Positions 10,608 to 24,003 are shown, counted from the whole stretch's first letter. The stretch: 62,439 nucleotides of DNA, filler included, from Perkinsus olseni (GCA_013115125.1; 18 parts of 18 records of this genome joined end to end with filler, not necessarily neighbours in it); one strand, 5' to 3'. A program made the numbers and translations. The notes: generated by a model from the sequence alone, not told the origin.

Positions 10608-11210
10608 GTATCAAGTAATACACCAGAGAAGGAGTTGACTAACGCGCAACGGGCTGAGACCACCCAAGTATCACACGGACCGTACGATTCGGTCTACGAT
10701 CTACGATCACCTTGGCGTTGTAAGAACATTGTTCTTCAATCGCCCCAAATCGTCATACGAAAGCATTCACGGTAGCACGCATTTGAGCCCCGTTTTACCG
10801 GTGATAGTTCAGCCAGTACTCAGGCTGCACGCATGCGCATAGCGCGCAGTGGAGAAGTGCCATATACGCACGAACAAGTAGACAGATAAGGACGGCGAGA
10901 GGCAAGATTCAGGCAGATAAAAGCGTGACGAAGCCAGTTTTACCCCCTGTAACTTCCAGGCAGAACACAGGTTCGGTTTCCACTGGCCCGTGCATAGGAG
11001 GAAGGACTCTTCACGATGTCGTCTTCCAAATAATCGATACATGATGATTCAGGAGCAACTGCGGTGTTGTGTCCGAGTTTTAAAATTCATATTTGGGATG
11101 GAGGCGGCTCGCCAGGCGAGCCTCGCCTCAGGGGGGTTGCGACCGCGAATCGGGAGCCTCAGCACCAGTCGTTGACCCGTTCATTGGCTTAGCATAAATC
11201 AAGTTCGTAA

Positions 11211-12323
11211 ATGTCTCACAGTCCCCCAGCCGATGGTCTGTCCTGGATCCTCTCGAACAAAGGAGGAAAAAACTTGGTATATGAGTGCTATCAGTATTCG
11301 AAAAAGACTCTTAGGTCAGCACCTAGTGGTACAACATATTGGTATTGTACGAATGCTGGCTGTACCGCGAGCCTGCTGGTTAAAGGCAATATACAGGGTG
11401 ACATCGCGCTGCTCGAGGTGGCTAAAGGGAGGAAGGGCCATACATGCAAAGGCCCACAAGCTCCCCTCAACGCCATAAGGTCAACTTTACGGGCCGAGGC
11501 GTTGAAGATGAAGCCGCATATGCCTATGCGCCCTGTTTTCGATGAGGTTATAGCTACGGCCACAAGAGAGGTCATCGAGCAATTGCCTCCAATCCGGACT
11601 TGTCTGAATACTATGCGGGTTCATCGAAAGCGGGCAGATCCCTGTCCCGCCGCCCCGATGAAAAGGGATGGCTGGGTCATACCCCAGGAATATGCGGAGG
11701 CAACAATCGGTAATGAGAAATGGCGAACCTTAGCGTATGATTCTGGTCAACATGAGAGTGATCGTGTGATTTGCTACTACAATCCAGCAGTCCTCGCTGA
11801 ATTGCAAACTAATTGTAAAGAATTTCACTTATCACTTGACGGTACGTTTGACTTTTGCGCTGAGCGATGGAGTCAGCAGTATACTTGTATGATCAAGAGT
11901 CCGAATTCTAACAAGAGATATCCTGTGTTTTTCTTCCTGTTGCCCAGCAAGAAGTTTGAGGTATACCAGGAGGCTTTCTCTGTACTTCGCGATTTCTTAC
12001 GTCGACCGGTAGCAAGTTGTACTCTAGATTTTGAACCGGCTGCTATAAACGCTGTGGAGTCTGTCTTTCCCGGCTGTGAACTTTCGCTATGCTACTTTCA
12101 TTTATGTAAGAATTTGATAAAGCATCTCAAGTACTACAGTATTCTGAAAGATGAGATCGGTTTTCAAGCTTACTATAACTTAGCTGCCCTACCGTTCCTA
12201 CATCCGTCGATGATTCTGAAAGGCTTGGAGGCATCGGTGTCGCAGCTGGAGCCGGCGAAAGCCGCACTCGTGAAAAAATATTTCATCAGTACCTACTGTG
12301 ACGACCATAAGGTCGTCCAGTAG
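11211..12323 (+). mobile_element. Mutator-like (MULE) transposase with N-terminal FLYWCH finger, C-terminally truncated
   Basis: FLYWCH pattern (GGKNLVYECYQY...YWYC...C...H). MULE core: LDGTF, YPVFFFLLPSK, LDFEPAAINAV...FP...CYFHL. The final catalytic Glu region is absent. Confidence 0.9.
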
Positions 12324-13703
12324 GTAGACCAGTAGACCAGTATTGGTATTAACGACTGTGATGTTGGGTTCATAGATGGACGTGAACTCTCTCTCTATTG
12401 AGGATTCAGGCGTTGCCAGCAGCGGTCACTTCCCCACCTTCGCTCCACTACGCGGGGTCGACGTCTATTTCTGCGTTTTTCCTGCAAGGCTCACCCCGCG
12501 ACCGCGCAACGGAACGAACTTCGCGCATAGAGCGCCGCTGTAACCGTCGTAGTACCGGTTTTACGAAGGCGTAGGCTGAAACTTATGCCGTCTGAAAGAT
12601 CATAAATGGAAGACTCTTCTCAAACTCTGTAATTGTAACTCTGTAGATTCCGTCTTTCCGTAAATCTTGAATATATGACCTCTCCTCTTATTCCTGGATA
12701 GTGGATCTGATGGTGAAAGAGTTGGCACGAGAAGCCTTTTCGCTGGGAAGTTTTAAGGGAAGGTTCGAGGATAGTTACGCGTAGCATGATGTGATTACGC
12801 GAGAGTGAGGTTGCCTGGCGGCACGCCGCACTGCGATGGTGGCAGCAACCAACTAGCTGGCGTTAGTGCGAGGCTTTCAATTTGAAAGTTTCAAAGTAAG
12901 TACACCCAATGTTCGTGTGAAGTCTGTGTCTGAAGTCTAGGATATGTCTCGTCATCGACGGCAATTAACCCTGTTCAGGCTAACAGTGGTAACGCCTTGC
13001 TGCCTGCGATGCTTGTGCGTTGGCCGGATTCGTGACCTCGAGTGAACGACGGGACACTCTTTCCACGAGTCTTGCGACCCTCAACTCTACGCTCTCCTAC
13101 TAAAACTGCTGGCGAGGTCCTCTGACTCAGATGCTTTCGGTTACCAGAGACGGCTTGCTTCAGGAAGACAACCTCTCAGCTCGTGTAAGTTATTTCTGCC
13201 ATGCTCGGAGCTGACCCAGGTCACCTGGGCACCATCTGGGCTATCAAAGAGTCACGTTTGCCGGAGCGAGTATTCTCTGCAAGCATGCACTAGGAGCTAG
13301 GAACCCTCACATGTAGCATCATTTTACCCCAATCCCTAGTAGTGACTGGCCAGAACCATTCTTCTAGTCAGAGCCTCAGTCTGAGGATCCTTTCGAACCT
13401 ACAGTGTGGATCTTACTACTGTCGCACTATCATAGTGAATCACTATTAGTGATGTCCGTAGAAGTGGCCGAGTAACTGTGAATCCTAAGCAGTCCTCGTC
13501 ACACTGTGACTCTGAGCTATCATTAATCCTAGCGTGACTGTCACAGATCGCAGCCCACGCCGTACGCCGTAAGACTCTTGAGTTGAGAGTGTGCACCCTT
13601 CCTCAGATGAATCCTGCGTAACAAGCTCCGGATCGGCAAGCTGGTTACTTGATTAGCAGCCGCCTTTTCGGGTGCAAAGTCTTATTGGGATTCTAGGACG
13701 AGG

Positions 13704-13760
13704 GCTGGCATGCCCTCGTAGCCTACGAGGGCATGCCAGCGTGGCCTACGGGTCGTAGGC
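13704..13760. repeat. Perfect 18-bp inverted repeat with 1-nt spacer, plus a second small hairpin
   Basis: GCTGGCATGCCCTCGTAG-C-CTACGAGGGCATGCCAGC, followed by GCCTACG-GGT-CGTAGGC. Confidence 0.9.
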
Positions 13761-14037
13761 ATGCCGTAGAGGAGCAAAAGTGTGGAACCGGGCGCCGCTC
13801 CCAGGGTGCGGGACTTAAATTATGGTGGTCTCGCAGGTTGTTGTAGCTTGACTGCCTACTTAGAAGTTCGATTCTCGGATGATGCAGTATTTGGACGCGT
13901 ATTCCATTCCCCGCACCCCTCTGGCCAAAGTTGGTAGNNNNNNNNNNNNNNNNNNNNNNNNNNNNNNNNNNNNNNNNNNNNTTAATTAATTAANNNNNNN
14001 NNNNNNNNNNNNNNNNNNNNNNNNNNNNNNNNNNNNN

Positions 14038-14106
14038 CTTCATTAAATTGCTCTGGGGATTTACTAATTTGGTCTGGGGTTTTACTAAGTAGGTCTGGAA
14101 ATGGTG
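14038..14106. mobile_element. End of another copy of the CACC-MITE family
   Basis: ...GGGGTTTTACTAAGTAGGTCTGGAAATGGTG|TA has the same TIR as 9796-10437. Confidence 0.88.
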
Positions 14107-15882
14107 TAGTTAATACGTACTAGTTCTCCGTACCCGTACTAAGTTGACAGTTTAAGCCGTACTCCATACCGCACTTTCCACGACCTCAGTACGGTTGCCT
14201 ACCTCCATTTCTGAGGGGGCCCGCTCATGAAGCCGAGGAAAATTGCTGTCAGAACAAGGCCATCGTGACCCGGGGATACCCCCTTCTTTCCCCGGACAAT
14301 CTGCCAAATTGCACGGCTACTAAAACTAACATCAACAGCTTCTCCCCGTCAACCAACCACGAAGAGGGCATGTCGACCAAGACGATGAGTCACCTCGAGA
14401 GGGTTCGGAGATGTCCCCCTGAGCCCGGTCTTATCCGCAGACGCTCCGCAGTGTAATTTTGAAGGCACTGGAGGAGACTGATCGCCCCACCCCTGTCAAG
14501 ATTCAAAATTGCCTCTCCCAGTTCAATATCTATTATGATCGATATGTTCTCCATTCAAGCACCTGACCCGACTCGCGGGTCATCAACCGGGTCCACGAAT
14601 TCCCTTACTCCAAAGTTTTAAGAATGGGGATTCGGAACTTCAACTTTAAGAAGGGGTTTAGAGTCAAACCCAAAATAAGAATCTGGCCCGATCCATCACT
14701 ATCGTCCTCCCAGAACAAAGCGAGAACACCGCTCAGCAAAGTTGGTTTTTTTCCCAGTGACGTTCACGGCATTTACCAACGACGATCTACCTACCATGCC
14801 CCATTCTCGCCGGTATTATTTATTTCCGAGTCATGGTCACACATCACGACCGCGGGTTCGACCCCCGGGTGGTCCATTTTGAAGAACTAATCAGCATTTA
14901 GATATTACTCGCCCGAGAGCCCATGAAATGCGAATTAACCATGGCCACCTTGACTCAAAGTCTCAGTATTTGACGATGTGTCACGAGAACGGCGCACGGC
15001 AGCGCTGGGTGAGTGACTTTACAGTATGGCAGCGGCTAGACAAGGCACCGTGTCGACCATCCAGTCCCATGGGGTAGAACTCCTGTTTGACTCTGAATGC
15101 TTGAAGACAAATAACAACAACAAAAACAACGAACGTGACAAATAAAGGCATGACGACATAGACGAGGGCGAGCTCTTCATCAAGCTACCTCACTAGCATC
15201 ACCATGGTCGAGTTTCCTATGGTCTTGTCTACGTCAATCGACAGTCTGGGCTAGCCATGAATACAGAACAACTATCGACCGATATTCACCGCAAATTTTG
15301 GGGCAGGCTCAAGGCTACCTTCTCGACTCTAACGAAAATAGCGATCGGGGAACAACCCAGGTGTCAATAATAGGTTATTGCGTCCCTGCGCCCACCACTG
15401 CCGAGTATGGCGACGGTCGAGCGGTAGTGAAAATCAGGTGGAGTCTAGTAAAAATTAGACTACCGGTAATGAAATGCCCGCGGGTGTTCAACAGACCGTC
15501 GCCTCCTTCAACAGCCCTCCCAGGATCGCCTTTTACACGTTAAATTCAATCCTGCGAGCGCTGCTGGGAATCCCAGCCTGGGATCTAGGAGAGGCGGCAG
15601 TCTCTCCTTGAACAGCCCCACCAATACTGTAACTCTGCCTTCGGGCACTCTTCAGTGGACCAGAGAACTCGGGGTCGCTTCTTACACGGTTGGTTCGAAC
15701 ATGAAGGCTCTCATGAAGCTCAGTACGCTTCTGTAGCGGTTTTAAGGAAGGGTGCCATACACGTGCGCATGATATCATAATCGATTACAATGGCGAGCGC
15801 TAATCTAAGATAGCTCTAGCACTGAGCCTGCGTACCCCTCACCCTCACACACCGCAGCTCAGAAGGGCGTGATAAGCAGACA

Positions 15883-16828
15883 ATGGCTCCTGCCGCTGAG
15901 GTCAAGTACAAGCGCGTTGCTAAGCCCGCCGACGACAATGTCAAACCGGTAAATTACGGTGTCCTCTGACCCGCTCTTGACCAGGGCAATGGCATTCGCT
16001 TTCTTACATGATGTCATTTGTTTTTCGCTGTGAATAACTACGAAGAAGTGGGGCTTTCAATTGTGCGTTGTTCTGTCTTCGACACAACACAGCAAATAAT
16101 TTTTGTGTTATGTGTTCACAGGCCGCCAATAACGAAGTTCGTATCACATCCATCGGTCGCGTTAACAACTTTGTGGACGAGGGTATATCCATTTTCACTG
16201 GTACCAACGGAAAGACGCAGAGCAACACCGTCAGAGTGCTTGCCCGAGGTAAGCCTGCTGTCTCCCTCTTCTTCGCTATCTACCATTGGCAGGCGCGTCG
16301 CTCGCCAAGGCCGTCATTGTATCGGAGATTCTCTCTCGTAGAATCCCCGGTATCAAACAGAAAGTAAGCTCACACTGGTGTGGTGAATTGCGTATCTTTA
16401 CCGTAGGTCGACCTTGGATCGAATGACGTCGAAGAAGAGTTTGAACCGGCAGATGCCGAGTCAAAAGCAGATCGTGTGCGTGGCCCTTCTTCGGACGATT
16501 GCGTCATTTTCTAATCACGCAGATAAGTCGCGTCCGTATCGTGCCGTCGCTAGAGGTCACCCTTACCACTGCTAAACCCGTTAAGCCCGAGAATGTCAAG
16601 GAAGATTCTTTTATCGAGTAAAGCCAATTTCCGTTGTCTTTACTTCATCTTAAACGACGCATCTGATCAGACGACCAGCGCTCGTTGGCGATTCCCCCCG
16701 CCGTGGAGGCAGAAGACCTCGCGCGAGAAGGCCTGGTGGTCCACCGAAAGGTGAACGCCTCAACAATCCATTTGACTGTTCATGACCGTTTCTCAGCCTC
16801 GGTAGAGAATCCTGACGCAGCCAACTAA
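15883..16828 (+). CDS. Alba domain nucleic-acid-binding protein with RGG-like tail, 7 exons
   Basis: Manual splicing gives MAPAAEVKYKRVAKPADDNVKP|AANNEVRITSIGRVNNFVDEGI...VRVLARG|ASLAKAVIVSEILSRRIPGIKQK|VDLGSNDVEEEFEP...|ISRVRIVPSLEVTLT...|...PRRGGRRPRARRPGG...|SVENPDAAN*. It matches Alba/Rpp25-type motifs, and all introns are GT-AG. Confidence 0.88.
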
Positions 16829-17860
16829 GTTTCGCTCGAGGTAAGGCATGTTGTTTCTCGTCTTGTTTATTTGCATGGGAATTCTCTCTTTCTTTCCGGG
16901 CCGCCTCCGTCCGGCAATTCTCCAGTATCAGTTTCGAGCGTACTTAGATATATGACGCATTCCTACTTGTGACATGATGAACAACCCATCGTGACGACAT
17001 GTCGTTGCCAAAGCCGCAGCGGTAGACTATCATCATCATTAGTTGTTATTATCCGTTGAATAGTGTGATAGTTGACGGCTTCGTTCGCGGCTCACCTGCG
17101 AGCGTTTTCCGACTGCTACTAGTCCTACTACCACTACGGCGAATCATGCAATGAATGTGAAGAGCACAGTGATTTCGACCAAACTGTTTCTTGTTGTGAT
17201 GGTGGATTTTATTCCGTCTTATTTGGCGGCTTGTGATGGAAAGCTATATGGCAAGGACAGCGCAAAAACTGGACAGAGTTGCGTTCTTGAGGTTTCAATT
17301 GGGCTGACGACTTCGACAATGTGGATGAGCAGGTTGATCGGTAAGTGTAGCATTGTCTTGGCTTGGTGAGCCGTTCCCTAATTAGGATGGTAAGTTCTCA
17401 CCAATAGTTTCAACGCCGACTCGAGATTGTTCGGNNNNNNNNNNNNNNNNNNNNNNNNNNNNNNNNNNNNNNNNNNNNTTAATTAATTAANNNNNNNNNN
17501 NNNNNNNNNNNNNNNNNNNNNNNNNNNNNNNNNNTGTTCGGCTCTCATGCAGTATCTCGATGCTCGCAGGGGCTTATTGTAGTGCCGGGCAGGCACAACT
17601 TTTTTTTTCTTTTTCTTTTTTTGCCTCTGTTTTATACGAGGCCCACCATTGAATATTTGCTAAAAAAACAGCAGCAGCGGGAGGAAGCGTCGGAGGACTG
17701 GCGACTGGGACGGTGACCGCGAGGATGGAGGAAGATGCAGAAGAAGTCGGTCGAAGCCTCAGAGCAGGAAGACGTGATGACTAATTCATGTATTGCTCGT
17801 TATTAAGGAACGTTTCAATCTGGCGGTGAGGTTCACAAGTTCACGCGGACTGCTGAGGTA

Positions 17861-20082
17861 TTGGTTACGCTTGGCAATGGTTTTTATGTAGTGAAATGTG
17901 GTGTTGTCCCGAAGCTCCCTTCTCAGAGTGATTTACTCTTGAATCATGAAACTGCGAAGCAGCTTTCGACGGTGCCACCTGAGGGTGCCGTGGATCGGGA
18001 TAAACTAGATGAGGTCATAGAGAGTACGCTGTCGGCTGAATGGACAAGGGTCCCTTCGGCTGAAGGCTTTCTGATGAGGCTGCGTAAGCTGGATGATAAG
18101 GAGGCGCGTGATCATCCAGATCAGAAGTACTGCTGTGAGATGGCTGTTGATTCATCCTGTGCCCCTGGTGTTGCTTTTACCGATGACAAGACTGCTTCTC
18201 CTTCAGTCTATGATTACGGTTATGATATATATCGGAAATTGCCGGAAGTTCAGCGTCAACAATATGACCAAGCTGTTAGTCAGTTCTGTGAAGACGGTCA
18301 CTGGGAGGAGGTTGATGAGAGTGAGGTTCGGAAGGAGCCTGGCATTCCCACTGTCATCTGCTTTCCAGTTACTTCTAGTACTTCATCTACTGTTGAAGGA
18401 GACGTCTATGAGAAGACGTCAAGCTTCAAGACAAGACCTGTCATAGATGCAGTGCGACCCAATAAGAAGTTCACTAATACTGGCAGTTATAGTGCTTCCT
18501 ATGGCGGTAGGACTACTACTGATTTACTGACGGGTTTGCGGGTGAATTTCTGTGGTCCTGGTAGGCTGTCTTCAACCAGAAACGATGGTCCGAGTGATTC
18601 CACTTTCAAGCTCGGTACTGCTAATCGGGTATTGATTTCCATGGATATCCACCGAGCCTTTTATAGGTTTCGACTGGCTACTATTGGCTCTGACAATGAC
18701 GAGACCAATAAATCCAGATCTCGTGATGGCATGGACTTACCCTTTATCTTTATATTATGTAATCGACGCTTCTATAAATGCCGCCGATTGGCGTTTGGTC
18801 TCTTGTGCGGCCCCGCCATTCTAGAAAATGGAGTGGCGTGGCTGCGTCGAGTCTTTGGAGCGTATGCGCCTGAGTTGGCTCAGGCATATACTGCTGTTTT
18901 TTATGACGATATTCATATATGTTCGTCGGTCAACGAAGCGGCTTAGATCATCCCCATTTTAAGCGCGATTGGTAATCGCATAGGTCTTATGCTGCCTCTG
19001 GAGAAAACCCGAGTGTTATCGGATTCTGCCGATGAGATTGCTCGAGTAAAATGCTCTCCAGAGTGGGAACTATGCCTGGGGGTTCTGCTTCGTGTTCACT
19101 GTGGTGCCCTTCAGATGCATTGCATTTGCAAATCACCGGAGAAGCGGCGAGTTGTGAGTGACTTTGCTATCAAGGATCCGCTTACGAGAAGCCAGCTAGC
19201 GGCGTTCATTGGCATACTGCAAGCTTCTAATCCTCTGTATGTGCATCCGGTAAGAAGCTGTCTATGCTCTCTGCTAGCAAGATATGCCTCTAAGGTGGAA
19301 CCCATCGGCAAATGGAGGGTCCCTCTGCAGTTCAAGTCTGCAGAGGTGAAGCTTATGAATCGTATTGTCGGCTGTTTGCAACGAGATAGTGAGACCTCGA
19401 TGGTGAGTCAGAGCATACTCTCATTGTGGCCAGTGATGCTAGTCTCGAAGGTTACGGCTATGTCATTACCACCTTGAAAGGGATCAGGCTCAGGGCAGTT
19501 GCTATGCCCTGGAATCCTAGGATTCATGGTAGTGCTTGGCACGTGAATCGGCGAGAACTGTATGCTTGCTATGTAGCCCTGGTTGCTGCCGACGCTGTTG
19601 TACGATCCGATATACATAAAAGGATCAAAAAGGTGGTATGTTTGTTAGACTCTTCTTCTTGTCTCGCCTGGCTTAAGCATGGTTGTCAGGGTGTTAAGGG
19701 CATGGAGCGCTTAGCAGTGAGGAGACTGGTATCGACGGTCCGTGACATCCTCTTAGACTGGCAAGATACTCTGAAGATTGATGTGAGTCTTAATCATATC
19801 GCTGGTGTCGAAAATGTTGTGGCTGATGGTTATTCTCGAACCCTATCATCTTTGGGATTGAATAATCTGATTTCAGCTGACAATGGTGACGACTCCGAGT
19901 CCCTTGAAGTCCTGGCGACTACAGCTTCGGATGAACCCAGTCCCTTACTCCCTAGCACTGGGCTGGGGGGCGAATTCCTACAGCTGGTTACTGCTCAATC
20001 AAGAGCTTTAATCGGTAAGGATCGCACAATCGGCGACGGAAATGAACCAGTGAGTGTTCTACAATACACTCTAATCGTTTGA
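17861..20082 (+). pseudogene. Disrupted retrotransposon Pol (RT-RNase H), same group as contigs 2 and 18
   Basis: RT: TRPVIDA, DIHRAFY, FGLLCGP, FYDD. RNase H: SDAS, HVNRREL, LDS, NVVADGYSR. In-frame TAG at 18944, frameshift near 19410-19430, no integrase. Confidence 0.88.
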
Positions 20083-20860
20083 TGGCAGTACTTATTTGGC
20101 AAGTAAGCCAATAATACTTGCTCATCATTTCTCAGTTCATCGGCTCACTTGTGGGTAGGGGGAGTTGGGCGACCTCATCGCCCTATGTGTGCACGATGCA
20201 TACAGAGGGGTGATAGCTGCCTGTGAGAAAGTTTTACCCGCGGCACGAAATAGTAAGAATATAAATGAACCTTGATCATTGTGAAGGCAGGTAGGTGTTT
20301 AAAACACCTACCTGAAAAAAACACCGTGTTTTTTTCATCTTACGAAGTCCGTGAAAGATAATAAGGCACGCCTGGAAGAAGCCTTCGACTTGGTAGGGCA
20401 CTTGAGCTTAGCATTTTCAAGATCACATATCTGAAGCATTGCCAAAGTTATCGCCCTGGTATTTCGGGTGAGGGGTAACCTTTTCACGCTCCACGTCAGC
20501 CCGAGCGACGAGTTCTAGATATCGCCACTCGGGCCCTAATTAGAGAGGCAGATCTCCTCTCAGATGACGCAGCCGGGTATTTATCTCGGTCGCTGGACTA
20601 TACGAGCCTTGGCTACCTCAATATCACTCTGACGTCTTCCGGGCTACAGACTGTAGAACTCGTCCACTGTAGCCTACAGTGGACTCAGGTAATAACACCG
20701 CGAATAAGCAATCCTTTAATGGCAATAAGCAGATGCTAACCGACGTGGTTGAAACGTTTAACAAAACTATGGGAAACGCCATGGGTCGTAAGAAACCGTG
20801 AACTTCGTGTCTGATTCGGTCGGCATCGCTAGTAACTAACAGTTAGTTTCGATTACCGTA

Positions 20861-20929
20861 CAGGGTGTTCCAATTCGATATGCAAATCACTAAAATCAGT
20901 CTAATTCATGCCATATTGCGTGTTTGAAG
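20861..20929 (+). mobile_element. Probable Tc1/mariner-type terminal inverted repeat at contig end
   Basis: TA|CAGGGTGTTCCA resembles Tc1/mariner termini with a TA target. Only one end is visible. Confidence 0.45.
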
Positions 20930-21029
20930 NNNNNNNNNNNNNNNNNNNNNNNNNNNNNNNNNNNNNNNNNNNNTTAATTAATTAANNNNNNNNNNNNNNN
21001 NNNNNNNNNNNNNNNNNNNNNNNNNNNNN

Positions 21030-22258
21030 CGATAGCGCGGAGGGTAGACGGCTGGGGTTAGAACGAAAATAATGCACCAACAGGGGATGAGGAAGAAGTA
21101 GATGGTACACGACGAAACAGCTACTACCACGGGTGCGCCGAAGTACGACGCCAATGTGCACCAGAGACACGCCAGGCAAGCACAACCTTGGAAGATGCGC
21201 AGGGATGCGCTCATTGACATCTTCTTCAGCATGTACGCGATGACCGCTGTTCCGGGGAGCTCACAGAGGACCATCAAAAAGAGCGTAAAATTAGGGTTAA
21301 GACCAGATTCGACCAGGAAGCCTGGAAGGAAAAGTGTGAGCCCCCAGTAGGCGGTAGCTTGCAGTAACCAGATAAAGCACAAAGGCAACGTAGCACGGGC
21401 GAACTCTTCTCCGTGGTAGATGTCCCCGAAAGCTTCCAAAAACCCCAGCCGAGCCGCTTCAAGCGGTGACAGTTTATTGACGAACTCCTCCTCAGCCCTG
21501 CTGGTGAACTCATCAAGAGGCGGGACCGCACCAACGTCGCACTTATTTTCTTCGGCCATATGAAGTAGCACCTTGTGAGCTTCGGATACCTTCCTCCGTG
21601 ACATCAGATACCGCGGAGTCTCGCAACGGAAGTACCACCTGAGGATGCCGGTGGGGATGAGGGGAGCGGCAGCCAGTATGAGCAGAACTCTCCAATGGGG
21701 GATGTTGGAGAAGGAGAGGTCAGCAAGATTAACCCCAGCCAAGTAGAGGACACCAAGGCAACCGCCAACGAAGACGACGGTCGAATAAAGGCATCTGCGA
21801 GACTCTGGGGTGAACTCAACATAGATGAGATAGTCCAACGAGGAGAGACCACCGAGGCCTATGGCGACGATGCACCGGAACATGACCAGTGACCAGAAAC
21901 TCCAGGAGAAGGCAGAGGCAATGCCAGCCAGGCCCGAGATCAGTAGGGTCACGACGAACGGCCACTTACGGCCGATACGATCGCTCAGATAGCCGAAGAT
22001 CATCGAGGAGATCATCGACAGTAGTGATGTCAAGAAGGGGAAGAAGGCATACCTCGTGGGAGTTAGGCCGTACTCTCTCATGACTTGACCTTGAATGAAT
22101 ACCACAACAAGCAACTCAGAGCATACCGCGAAATATCCCACTGAACAGAGGAGGAGGAGCCAATACTGGAATCGTCCGTAGCCGATGTTGTCGATGAGCG
22201 CCTCTATGTATGAGGGGATAGCCGCCGAGGAGACAGAGATCTGTCGAGACTCCGCCAT
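21030..22258 (-). CDS. Major facilitator superfamily transporter (SV2/SVOP-like), 3'-truncated
   Basis: IDNIGYGRFQY, motif A (GYLSDRIGRK), FRCIVAIGLGG, EFTPESRR, ETPRYL and multiple hydrophobic helices. Confidence 0.92.
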
Positions 22259-24003
22259 GGAAAAGAGGGAGAATTAAACTGCAAGGTTTGATGGCGGGAT
22301 GAGATTGACAGAGGATAATCAGGGTGATGTCATCACCGTGATGATCGCGTCTCTGCGCGCTCATGTACATGCGTACGGAAAACTGAATCGATCCTTTCGA
22401 ATGAGCTATACCTGCCGCTTCTTACACGGCGCCCAGCTAGTGGCTCGAGGGCTACGATCAACGCTCTGATGTTCTCTTCCCATGCCTAGGCGTTCATCTC
22501 GGCTATGCCAAGGCTTCTCGCTGTCCGTACACCCTAGTCGATGAGGTTGACGCTATAGGGGCCGCCTGTGCTGTTGCTAAGAACGACGGCTTTCCGAGTT
22601 AGGGGCCGATGCGCAAAGCCCGGAGGCACAACTGCCGAAGCGAGAGGAAGTCAAAAACCGATCTTTCCGGAGATCGTTGAGGACCTGAACATGATTTCCG
22701 CCACCTCTGCAACAATCCGACTGAAACCACGTGACACGACATTGTAGTGATCTTGGCTGAGAGCATGCGTGCACCTTCTCAACTGTCCCGAGTTCACCAA
22801 TGGAACGCGAGTCTACAAATCTCTAGGGAATTGCAAGTGTGATGCTCTTCGCGCTGCAGGCTCACAAACCTCCGCGAGTGTTAGCAAGGTACCACTGCGT
22901 TCCGCGAAGAGACAAAGATGTAAGGACTCATTCGGTGGCAGCTTCGCTCCGCTGCGCTTGAGACGCGACGCAACTTGGCCGTGTCGCCTTGCGAGGGGGC
23001 CCGTAGTTCTGATAACAGATAAAAGTCCAGAGTCTGAGTCTGGCCAACGCCACCAGAAATTCTGGCCCAGAATTCCCAAGGTCGACCAAGTGGCGCGATG
23101 CCATAGAAGAGGACAGGGAGAAGCCTACTCTTGTATTGGTCGAGCCTCAGCCACGACGCAAGGCACCCTACGCTATCTGCGTACGCGCTGGTCGAAAGGG
23201 AACAGCGAAGTACAGCAGAGCGCTAGCCTCACAAGAATAGACGAGTCGTCTACTACTGCAGAAACATACTCAGTCTGATGATTATAGTGATAGTAGAAGT
23301 AGCCTGGCGTGCGTGCAAGACGCCACGAGAGTTACTACCATCACAACCTGATAAACCGGGAGGACACCTAAGCAGCAGTCGCCACCTGAACTTTAGCTGC
23401 TCGTGCTGTCCAGTGGACCATCTCATGCTATAGCCGCAGAGAACTTCGTGAGGGGCCAATTCCTGCCGGTGCGTCGGGAATTGCTCAAAATTCGAAGAGC
23501 TGCCAGGATCAAATGCCCGTCACTGGGATAGTAGCGTACTCTTAGTTGGCTTACAGGTGCAGTAGGGAGCCTCTGGAGGGGTAATGGGTACGACTCAACT
23601 TTATAACACCTATCTCAATAGTATTGAGTCAATACCGTGAGCTCAAAAAAGCAGGGGAGGGTGGTGTACCTGGATTGGCTCTCACCGAAGAGCTATGGAC
23701 AAGTCCCGCAACATGCCACCTACTAGGCAAAGCAAAAGGAGAGTCCTCGGCTATCACTGCCAACATTACTCAGGTGAGGCATGATGTACTCCAACACTCC
23801 CTAAATTCCTCAACCACTGAGGCCCAGAGCACTAGTAGCTCGTAGACGAAGACACCATAGTGATATGAGCTTTGGGTACGAGCCAGCCCGGTCTGCCTGA
23901 TGATGACATGTGCAAAAGCGGAGAACGAGCTGCACTGGGGGAGGATCAAAGGTGAAGGGAATCCGACGAGTTAAGGACTAGCCCATCTCTATACCATTCA
24001 GAA

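Noticed and set aside
14845-14880. Possible tRNA gene
   Set aside because: A T-loop-like motif is present, but no D-arm, anticodon arm or matching acceptor stem.
23890-23960. CTGATGA suggesting a hammerhead ribozyme or C/D snoRNA
   Set aside because: No stem II followed by GAAA and no convincing D box with terminal stem.
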